From: a virus
Taxonomy: Duplodnaviria; Heunggongvirae; Uroviricota; Caudoviricetes
IMG/VR virus record: IMGVR_UViG_3300032731_000668
Coordinates: 64,001 to 128,000 of that record
Direction: 5' to 3' (one strand)
Length of the DNA stretch: 64,000 nt
Below are positions 39,301 to 47,842 of the stretch, in pieces (position 1 is the first letter of the stretch; the number at the start of each line of letters is the position of its first letter). Position numbers and translations under genes: made by a program. Below the pieces are notes generated by a model that saw nothing but the letters and a program-made list of their open reading frames with translations, ran no database searches and was not told where the DNA came from.

Positions 39301-39539
39301 TATCCAACGGACGAGTAGTAAGCTTAAAAATATATAGAAAAACATATGATAATAATATATTTTTGGGCGGTGACATCCTATACTGTCGAAACTTTGAGAA
39401 AAAAAATCCCGTCAAATTTGTCAATGGAGAATATGTTGATGACATGAATGGCAAAATGCAGTATTGGTTAACTGACTATGATGTTATTCAGCCAGAAGCC
39501 TTTGATAAATTGAAAAGGAACTATGATAAAAAGAATTGA
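36360..39539 (+). CDS. dnaE: DNA polymerase III alpha subunit (phage DnaE)
   Basis: PHP YHRHSYYS..CEHG; GRGSG; PDIDF; GVHPCA; KNDLL; LYQE; YSFN.SHA.S. Confidence 0.93.
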   Translation: MNYVNYHRHSYYSNIIISDSTVSPEDYAKRAIELNQTVLSSCEHGSPGRYIESYELAKQHNLKFLFATEAYFVKDRTEKDRTNAHIVLLAKNEFGRKAINRVLSESNLTGFYYRPRIDMELLLSLPSDDVWITTACLAGLWQYEDYEELILKISKHFGKNFFLEVQYHHTESQVELNKKIINLSNKHNISIIFGTDSHYIYPDQAQERDDYLLSKHIEYEDEDGWFLDYPPCDTAIKRFQKQGVLNKYQIEEAINNTNIFNEVEVYDSIIFNTDMKLPSLYPHLIQEDKNKMLSDLVWLKWDEEKDKIVQSDWMMYKSEIEKELSIILETGMADYFLLDYEIIKKGKEMGGHLTLTGRGSGPSFYISKLLDFTTIDRISSKVKLFPERFITKERILETGSLPDIDFNIGNPEIFIQAQTEIMGEDHSYPMLVYGTIRPKSAWKLYARAVNIDFETANQVSEKIGEYEKALIYSEEDEKEDVDIFDYIDRQYRNSYQESTKYLGVVAQAGVHPCAHLIFNQNIKEEIGLIRIKNNICCLMDGDWSERYSFLKNDLLKVNVVELIHRVYKRIKVEPHPLPELIEICKDNKKVWNVYASAWTMGINQVEPTTTAGRVAKYKPTNISEVSAFVAAIRPGFKSNYKQFESREQFSYGIPSLDSIIQTKEFPQSYLLYQENAMQVLGYAGIPMHETYDIIKNIAKKRYEKIRKYKDIFLSGMTEKIIVLENKTRKEADKIAHMTWQIVDDSSRYSFNSSHAYSVAGDSLYGAYLKSHYPVEFYEVLLNILEESGDKNRLSKTIAEAERAYGIKFPRLKFGQDNRHIKGDSKTKEITPSLKTIKGFGSKIGENLYLLGQSNYNSFLDFLIDAEEKGYKSKKYESLIKINYFDMFGGNLKLLKIFDEFTSGKSRYSRKHTDKTKEKRIIGLREFSDKAKDEKLPIIEQIISDQEILGYVNTIYPNIDKRYIIVQSLSLKFAPRASVYCLSNGRVVSLKIYRKTYDNNIFLGGDILYCRNFEKKNPVKFVNGEYVDDMNGKMQYWLTDYDVIQPEAFDKLKRNYDKKN

Positions 39540-40605
39540 TTTGGGTGGAAGAAGGTTTGGAAAATTATTGGTAATTGACTATAGTGGAAATCGTTATTGG
39601 AATTGTTTGTGCGACTGCGGGAATTATAAAACTATAAGACATGACCATCTGTTGAACGGAGATACAAGAAGTTGTGGATGCTTGAGACATAAAGATTTGG
39701 CGAGAACCAAATTCAATAAGCTTTTAGTTATTTCGCGATCAGACAAACCTAAAAATGTAACAAATAGAAGTTTTTATTGGCGATGTTTATGTGATTGTGG
39801 AAACTATACTATAGCATCCACTAATGCATTGAAACGCGGACGAGTAAAATCTTGCGGTTGTTTAAAACATAAAGACAGATATATTGACATAACAGGACAA
39901 AGATTCTCGAGATTATTAGTAATAAAAAAGTTTGACAAAACTGATGGCAATGTAATTCGGTGGTTGTGTCAATGTGATTGTGGAAAAACAAAAATAATAT
40001 CGGGGCAAAGTTTAAAAAGTGGATTGACAAAAAGTTGTGGATGCTTATCTATAGAAAAAACCACTAAAAGAAATCAATTACGAAAAGGACATAATAAATA
40101 CGACCTTGCCGGGACATATGGTATTGGTTATGACAGTAAAGGCAAAATATTTTATTTTGATTTAGACGATTATGATAAAATTAAGAATTATCGATGGTAT
40201 GTTACAAAAAAAGGATATGTTGCAAGCAGTTATCTTCCGTCTGGTAGTAAAAAAGACGGAAAGATATCAATTGCTATGCATAGAATAATTACAAACTGTA
40301 TTGACAAAAAATTAGTTCCAGATCATATAAATCACATTAATTATGACAATCGAAAAAGTAATTTAAGAGTTGTTACTTATTCTCAAAACAATCAAAATAA
40401 AATTATTTATAAAAAAAATACTTCTTCTGGACGTATGGGAGTTTGTTGGCAAAAAAGTATAAACAAATGGTATTCATACATTAATATCAATAAAAGAAGG
40501 ATCAATTTAGGGTATTATGAAAAATTAGACGACGCTATAAAAGCAAGAGAATTAGGCGAGATTGAGTACTTCAAAAAATATAGGTGTGGACAACCTAACC
40601 CTTGA
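39523..40605 (+). CDS. HNH/AP2 homing endonuclease with three CxCDCG repeats
   Basis: Three C.CDCG..SCGC repeats; MHRII..PDHINH..DNRKSNLR; AP2 tail. Confidence 0.9.
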   Translation: MIKRIDLGGRRFGKLLVIDYSGNRYWNCLCDCGNYKTIRHDHLLNGDTRSCGCLRHKDLARTKFNKLLVISRSDKPKNVTNRSFYWRCLCDCGNYTIASTNALKRGRVKSCGCLKHKDRYIDITGQRFSRLLVIKKFDKTDGNVIRWLCQCDCGKTKIISGQSLKSGLTKSCGCLSIEKTTKRNQLRKGHNKYDLAGTYGIGYDSKGKIFYFDLDDYDKIKNYRWYVTKKGYVASSYLPSGSKKDGKISIAMHRIITNCIDKKLVPDHINHINYDNRKSNLRVVTYSQNNQNKIIYKKNTSSGRMGVCWQKSINKWYSYININKRRINLGYYEKLDDAIKARELGEIEYFKKYRCGQPNP

Positions 40606-40630
40606 CAAAATGTAAGATGTATGGTATTAT
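40602..40630 (+). promoter_or_regulatory. Sigma70/A promoter; palindrome immediately downstream
   Basis: TTGACA-N17-TATTAT with TG. Confidence 0.88.
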
Positions 40631-40685
40631 AATAGAAACAAAACAACATAAAACAGTAATTTTATCATGTTTAAGGAGAAAATAA

Positions 40686-40997
40686 ATGACTAAACTATTA
40701 GCGTGTAGGTGTGGTGGAGAACCATTTTATTCGTTGCGTCATGTAGATGGTTATGGAGATTCAGAACAGGTTACTTGTAGTATGTGTGGCATTACGACTG
40801 GTGGCATGTATGCGGAGGGTGTAGCTGTAAAAGTATGGAACGAGCGCGCACCAGACCCACGACTTCTAAAGGCGATTGAGGAGATAGAAGAAGCAACGGA
40901 GAAACAAATAGAATTATATGGGCAAGAATATTTTACTGGGAAAGCAGATTCAGTAACGATTTTAAATAAGCATATTCCGAAGGTGAAAGATGAATAG
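40686..40997 (+). CDS. Lar-like (restriction alleviation) Zn-finger protein
   Basis: CRCGGEP..V.CSMCG.TTG..AVKVWNER. Confidence 0.65.
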   Translation: MTKLLACRCGGEPFYSLRHVDGYGDSEQVTCSMCGITTGGMYAEGVAVKVWNERAPDPRLLKAIEEIEEATEKQIELYGQEYFTGKADSVTILNKHIPKVKDE

Positions 40998-41077
40998 AAC
41001 TGCTATAATTGGTGCTAACGTAATTATGGAAGTCCAATCGGGGCATTTAGCAAAACAGGAAGGTATTGGGTATAGAA

Positions 41078-44000
41078 ATGAAAATTAGTGAATTACTTAA
41101 AATTTTAAGGGCAAAGAAAAAAGCGTATGGAGATCTTGAAATCAGAGTTTATGATCCTGATTGGCGGGCATATTATAATATTGATGTAAAATATATTGAA
41201 AAAACAAATGATGAAGGCGATGATTTTCTTTGTTTAAATACCCCTTCAAATTAATATAATAAAAGGCAAAACAAATGATTGCAGATAAGCGATTGAATAA
41301 AATTAGAAAACTAGTTAACATTATCTATACGGCAAGAAGTGTAATAGAAATAACTGTTGCCGCAAATGAACTTGTTAAACTATCCAAGGAGATAAGGCAT
41401 GAAAAACGCATTAGATTATATTCTGGCGGATAATGTTAATATGGCTTTTCTTTGGAATGAAAAACAGATGGTTGTTATAAATGCAGCAAGAAAAGAATTA
41501 AAAACCCTTCGCCGACAGAATAAAGATTTTATTGATGATGCAAAGGCGTTGACAAATTCTATTGCGTCCTTAAAGGATTTTGTAAATCTAAGTGGGCTTA
41601 CATTCAAGAAAAAAGATGGTTCAGGTATTGGTAGTGGAGAAGCGTTGGTGTTCGGACAGTTTATAACTAATATAGATGAGGCAATAGAACAACACAACGC
41701 CCTCATGCAGAAATATAATAAAACCACATAAAATAGTTCTTTTATGTGGTTTAATAAAAAAGGAAAAATGAAACAATTAATGTTATTAGAAGTTCGTGGA
41801 AGAACCAAGCCGTGGGATTTTATTGTCGAAGGCGATAGTGACTATCTGGAAGAATGGAGAGAAGACGGTCTTGATATCAATCCGCTAGTCAATGTAATTC
41901 CTGAATGGGTAGTAGACATAGGACTTTTACGACCATGGTGTTTTTTTCAAGATCTATTAAATAGTAAATGGGCTGGAAGAATTTTGATAGGTTGCATTAT
42001 TGTTGGAATTATAATATCGGTTGTATAATAAAATCGGTATGATAAAATGATTCTTTTATGCGGTTCAAGAAAACATAAGGAAAAGTAAAATGAAAATTAA
42101 AAATAGACAAGGCGTGTGGATCAATACTAGAACTGATTGGGGATATGAAACCAATGCAGATTTTGTGCTTGCATTATTGGAGCATGGGGAAATGACAAGG
42201 GATGTTTTATCTGAAATTTTGAATCTAGATAGTTTACCAGACGACTTGAATAAAAAAATTCGAAAAGTTTTGGACAGAAATAATTTTTAGAGATCTCACA
42301 ATAAAAGGAGAAAAATGAGCAAAATTGAAGAACTGCGTAAGATTACAGAAGAAGTAAGGGAGAAAAAAAATGCAGATTGGGAATCTATTCGTGTAAAGTT
42401 TTTTAATGGAAAGTTGTTCGAAAGAATACTGTCTGATTTTGAAGAAGAGGCATTACTGGTGGCTCAAAAGGGTGAGCATATTGCTTTTATCAGGATGGAT
42501 ACATATTTTCCTCGTGGCGTTATTCCGGACAATGGTGAAAGTCTGCTTGACTATGCTATGACAAGGACTGGCTATTTTTATTCGTCCGATAAAACAAACG
42601 ATGGTGGGCGTACATTGGGATTTTCGTGGTAATATTGAAACAACATAAAATGATGTTTTTATGTGGTTTAGAGGAAAAATGAGAAAACAAGAGCTGTTAG
42701 ACGAAGCATATAAGAAAGAAACAAGAGAGACATTTTCTACGAAAAAAGATAGACGAAATCTTTGGCTAAAACATGGTGTCGTACATGGCGATCTTCTTGT
42801 TGTACAGAGGATTTACTATTGGTTACGTTGGAAACTTACAGGACAGAAACTAAATTTATGGAAAATGACACCACACTATGTTGTGTTGAATAAAGATTTT
42901 TTAAAGGATATGTGGTTTGAAGATATAAAGGAGATTTAAAATGAAATGGATTTCAAAGCGCCCTATTTATGATGACAGTAGATATATAAAAAAATTTTTA
43001 CTCTTCCCCATAAAAGTAAAAAGAGAAGTATGTTGGTTAGAAACAGCATATATTTTCCAAGTATGGAATCATGGATGGAAAAATAAATTTTTTATTACAG
43101 AGGAATATTACAATGATTTTGACCAAAAAAGGAAAGACAAATAAAATGCATCTTTTATGTGGAAAAAGGAAAAAAATAAATGAAAACAATTGACATGAAT
43201 TGGAGAGGGTATTCATTCTCTGCCAACGACGACAAGGATAGATCAACGCATGACAAAATACTTATTAGAGTAGATAAATATACTTATGCTGAATTTACAA
43301 GAGATGCTATATTAGAGTTGATAAGGGAACTGGCTGAATACATTGAAGATGACGATGCCGCTGAAAATGACATATTACAAACTCAACGGACTAAATTAGA
43401 ATTAGGGGCAACGGCGGCAGAATTTGTGGTAGGACCAATCGCAGAAGAATTGGCGTTGTGTATGAGATATTTCGAGAAGAATATCCCGACAGAAGAAACA
43501 GAATTCCCTCCAATTAAAAACTTCTTTCTACATCCATTAATAGAGGACATAGAAAATGATATAATGGCTCATGCGATTGAATATCCTGACCACGGTTTTA
43601 AAATAAAAGTTGAATGGATTCCTTCAGCTAAGAAGAAAACAAAATGATAAAAATATATTCAGGAGCATTATCAAGATACTTTGAAAAATTTACATTAAAT
43701 AAAGACGACCCATTTTACATATTTTTTCCTTGTAAAAAAACATGGCGTGGAATAGAGGTAATTCCAACAGAATGTAGCAAATGGGCAAATGAGATTGGTT
43801 CTTATAGAATGATATTTGATGAAAACAATCTCAAATATAATTCTTTTGCGATTACGAAGGAAGGTATTGAAATACAAATTTCTAAAAACAGATTAATAGA
43901 AAGCCAAGAACAATTAGTCAACGAAATAAGCCAAGGATTTTTGGTGCCTTTAAAAACCAAATAAAATACATATTTTATGTGAAAAGGAATATAAAAATGG

Positions 44001-45080
44001 AATATGAAATAGTAATGGAAGAACGGATGACTTTAAACAGTGCAGAAATCGATGCATTTATGTCGCTTGTAGGCGAAACGACTAGAAAGCAAAAAATGGG
44101 TTTTAGAGTCTCTGAATCAGACTCTAATTTATTGGATGAAGTTTATTTTGAGGTGTGTGATTTGCGCAGACAGAATAACATAGAAACCACATAGAATGAT
44201 AAGAAAAATATATCTAAGATTGCTTTTATGGGGTTTTAGAATCGGCGCATTTTTTCATTGGGAGTTTGCAGAAGACCAGTGCGAGGATTTAGAACTTGCT
44301 CTTAACGATGAGTTTATTGCTGGTATGAGAAAAATAATTAAAGCTGTAGAATCTACGGATTTTGATATTGGTAAGGTAAAAAAGGTTGATAAGTTATAGT
44401 AAAAAACCACATAAAATGAGGGTTTTATCATAAAAGGAAAAAATATGGCGGCAATAGCATACGATAATAATGGAAATATAAGGATACCAAAAAAAGAAAA
44501 TAAAAAGGAGAAAATAATGAGTGCACTAAGTGATTATGTGAACGTAAAAAATTACAAAATAGAAATAGATGGCAATACTATGGGAGATTCAATTTTGAGC
44601 GGAGAAGTAAGTATTGGATTTGATTGGGCAGAAGAAAATAAAAAAGTTTTTACCAAGGAGATATTAAAAAGCATGAAAAACAATAATGAATTTACTTTTA
44701 TGAACAGGATAGGAGAGTTTGCAACATATATTCAAAATGAAACAAATTACGAAAATCTAGTACCAAAAAGAGTTATCTATAATGGGCGCACCACTATTTG
44801 CAAATGGAAAGATGGTACAAAAACAGTTGTCAAAGCAACTAAAGATGATAATCCAACACATGAGCACGGCGTAGCCATGGCAGTTATTCGAAAACTATTT
44901 CCAAGCCGACAAGAATTTCTTAGGTTGGTGGATAGTGGATATGATGTGATTGAAGAGACAAAGAAAAGAGAGATAGAAAAAGCAGAACGAAAAGAAATTG
45001 CGAGACTTGAAAAAATAAGAATAAAAGATGAAAAAGAACGTGCAAAAGCAAAACTTGGCGAGTTTATCGTAAAGGAATAA
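41078..45080 (+). other. Array of about 12 small hypothetical ORFs separated by palindromes
   Basis: ORF track plus palindromes at 41728, 42042, 42645, 43141, 43961, 44411. Confidence 0.8.
41720..41752. repeat. Near-perfect palindrome copy AAAACCACATAAAA-tagttc-TTTTATGTGGTTT
   Basis: Upstream ORF stop TAA (41729-41731) lies in the left arm. Confidence 0.92.
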
Positions 45081-45253
45081 GTAATGGACAAAATCAATGT
45101 ACTTGCAAAAAACATTATAGCTATGCTCATGGATTACGATGAGTCGCTTGCTGATTTTTTTATTGAATTAGATGAAATCGATAAAAAAGAACTCATGAGT
45201 GATTTAGAAGATATAATTTATATTGCCACAGAAAAATATTGGGCATAGATAGA

Positions 45254-46090
45254 ATGAAACATGGAGTTTACAAAATTGAAAATATTTGTGATAAATCATT
45301 ATATATTGGATCGGGGAATCTAAAGGAAAGATTTTATCATAACTTCAATGATCTAAAAAGAAATGCCCACTATAATTCCAATTTTCAAGAATCGTACAAT
45401 TTATACGGCAAAGAAAATTTTGAATTTATTGTTCTTTTGTATTGTGAATCATTTGAGTTGATTCGTTATGAACAATTTCTTGTAGATAAATATAAAAATT
45501 CTGGCTTATTATATAATGTTTGTATTTATGATGTTCAAAACAGAAAAAAAGTTAAAGCAACCCAAAAAACGCGTGCAAAAATGTGTAAAAGCCATCCCGA
45601 TATGAGAGGTAAAAACAATCCTATGTGGGGGAAGAAGGGAAAAAATAGCCCTCTTTATAGAAGGTATAACGGTAAAAGCAATCCTTTTTATGGCAAAACA
45701 CATACTTCAGAGACAATTGAAAAGATGTCAGGAGAAAATAATCATGGCATTATAAAAGAAACAATAGTAAGGCAGGTAATAGATCTGTTGGAAAAGAAAG
45801 TATTACAAAAGGATATTGTTAAAAAAACTGGTATTAGTTTATCTACTATAGCAAAAGTAAAACAAGGATTTTATAATGATATATATAATCTTCCAACGAA
45901 AAAATATATTCGCGGAAATACTAAAGATAAAGAAATAGTTTTAGAAATTTTACAACTATTGAATAAAGGAATGATACAGTCTGATATTGCCAAAAAATTA
46001 AACGTTGGAATAGGAACAGTTTATAAAGTAAAAAGTGGTGGATACAATAAGACTTATAATTTAGAAAATAATGAAAAAAATAATAAATGA
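45254..46090 (+). CDS. GIY-YIG homing endonuclease with two HTH modules
   Basis: GVYKIEN..LYIGSG.LKER; RYEQ; NPMWGK; two C-terminal units. Confidence 0.87.
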   Translation: MKHGVYKIENICDKSLYIGSGNLKERFYHNFNDLKRNAHYNSNFQESYNLYGKENFEFIVLLYCESFELIRYEQFLVDKYKNSGLLYNVCIYDVQNRKKVKATQKTRAKMCKSHPDMRGKNNPMWGKKGKNSPLYRRYNGKSNPFYGKTHTSETIEKMSGENNHGIIKETIVRQVIDLLEKKVLQKDIVKKTGISLSTIAKVKQGFYNDIYNLPTKKYIRGNTKDKEIVLEILQLLNKGMIQSDIAKKLNVGIGTVYKVKSGGYNKTYNLENNEKNNK

Positions 46091-46617
46091 AAACAATAAT
46101 TCTCGACGTAGACGATGTTATTTTGGATCTTGTTCCTAACTGGTTAAGACTTTATAATAAAGATTTTAATGATAATTTAACAACAGAACAAGTTACTGAA
46201 TGGAATATTACAAAGTTTATAAAACCAGAGGCAAAACAATCTATTTATAAATATGTTCACGGTGGTGAAGTTTTTCGAACTGCTCAACCAATTAAAGGCG
46301 CCATAAAATCAATTCTCCAAATTATATCTTGGCAAAACAATAGAATTGTTTATGTAACGGCTGGCGATCCTATGGATGCTAAATACAATTGGTTATGTAA
46401 ACATAAAATACTGTTTCGTCGAGAAGATTTTGTGACGGCGTTTGATAAAAGTTTAATAAGAGGATTTTCAATTTTGGATGATAAATATGAAAATGTTGTT
46501 GGGTTTAAAGGAAAACAATATCTTTTTGATCGTCCGTGGAATAGACATTATAATGCCCCCAATAGAATATATGATTGGAAAGAGTATATGACACAACTAA
46601 GAAAGGATTTAGAATGA
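46087..46617 (+). CDS. 5'(3')-deoxyribonucleotidase (NT5C, HAD)
   Basis: ILDVDDVILD; YVTA; KYNWL; ILDDKYEN; LFDRPWN. Confidence 0.9.
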   Translation: MKTIILDVDDVILDLVPNWLRLYNKDFNDNLTTEQVTEWNITKFIKPEAKQSIYKYVHGGEVFRTAQPIKGAIKSILQIISWQNNRIVYVTAGDPMDAKYNWLCKHKILFRREDFVTAFDKSLIRGFSILDDKYENVVGFKGKQYLFDRPWNRHYNAPNRIYDWKEYMTQLRKDLE

Positions 46618-47288
46618 CCGAAATGCGAAATGATTTAACAGGACAAAAGTTTGGCAGATGGAAAGTAATTAAATTCAGTCATATGGACAAAAGACAAGGA
46701 GCTCACTGGTTATGTGAATGCACCAACGACGGAAACAGAAGAGTTGTAAGTGCTGGTTCTTTAAGAAGCGGAAATTCAAAGAGTTGCGGATGTTTAAGTT
46801 CAGAAATAACAGCTAATAGGAATAAAAGAAATGCAAAATGGCAGGGTGATTCTACTACTAATCCAAAACTATATAATGCGTGGAATCATATGAAACAAAG
46901 ATGCGAAAAAGATTATGTTCATAGCAAAAAATATTATAAAGACAGGGGAATTAAAGTTTGTAATGAATGGCAAAATTATAATATTTTTAAAAAATGGTCA
47001 TTGAAAAATGGTTTTGGGAAGGATTTATCTCTAGACAGAATTGATAATGACGGAAATTACGAACCTACAAATTGTCGATGGGTTGACGCACAAACACAAG
47101 CAAACAACACACGCACAAATCACCGAGTTGTTATAAACAATGTTTCAAAAACTTTAATGGAGTGGGAAAGATTTAGTGGGATTAAACGAGAAACTATTGC
47201 TTACAGAGTAAAAGCAGGATGGAAAGACCAAGACTTATTAAATCCGCCTAAAATTCAAGCGAAAGAACAAGGTTATGGAAAAAATTAA
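46614..47288 (+). CDS. HNH-like homing endonuclease
   Basis: SCGC; MKQRC; RGIKVCNEW; LDRIDNDGNYEPTNCRW..QANN. Confidence 0.87.
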   Translation: MTEMRNDLTGQKFGRWKVIKFSHMDKRQGAHWLCECTNDGNRRVVSAGSLRSGNSKSCGCLSSEITANRNKRNAKWQGDSTTNPKLYNAWNHMKQRCEKDYVHSKKYYKDRGIKVCNEWQNYNIFKKWSLKNGFGKDLSLDRIDNDGNYEPTNCRWVDAQTQANNTRTNHRVVINNVSKTLMEWERFSGIKRETIAYRVKAGWKDQDLLNPPKIQAKEQGYGKN

Positions 47289-47835
47289 AGTTATATTATT
47301 GTCGGGCAAGGCGGAATCAGGTAAAACATCTGTCGCAAAAATACTAAAAAAGAAATTAGAACAAGAAAATAAAAAAGTGTTGTTGATCAATTTTGCCGAT
47401 TATCTTAAATTTGTTTCGCAAAAATATCTTGGATGGAATGGGATAAAAGACAAGAAAGGGAGAGGCATACTCCAATTTGTAGGTACGGATTTAGCGAGAA
47501 AAAAACAACCAGATTTTTGGGCAGATACAGTTGCAAGATTAGTTTTTGTATTGAATGATAATTTTGATTATTTTATTGCCGACGATGCAAGGTTTATTGA
47601 AGAGATGGAATGTTTTAAAGATCAAGATGTATTTTCAACAACAATAAAAATTGTCCGATTAAATTATGAAAATTCATTGACCGAAAAACAGAAACAGCAT
47701 TTATCAGAAACCTCATTAGATAATTTCTTATTTGATTATATTATTAAATCTGAAAGTGGATTGGATTATCTAGAAAAAGAAGTCGATAAATTTTTAATAC
47801 AATATAACAACAATAATAACAATAGAGAAAGATAA
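47275..47835 (+). CDS. Deoxynucleoside monophosphate kinase-like P-loop protein
   Basis: SGKAESGKT; FADYLK; LQFVGTD.AR; DARF..E; HLSETSLD. Confidence 0.8.
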   Translation: MEKIKVILLSGKAESGKTSVAKILKKKLEQENKKVLLINFADYLKFVSQKYLGWNGIKDKKGRGILQFVGTDLARKKQPDFWADTVARLVFVLNDNFDYFIADDARFIEEMECFKDQDVFSTTIKIVRLNYENSLTEKQKQHLSETSLDNFLFDYIIKSESGLDYLEKEVDKFLIQYNNNNNNRER

Positions 47836-47842
47836 CAACAAT

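Noticed and set aside
41744-42939. ORF starts MWF... at 41744 and 42661
   Set aside because: The ATG comes from the palindrome right arm (TTTTATGTGG); SD-supported starts lie just downstream.
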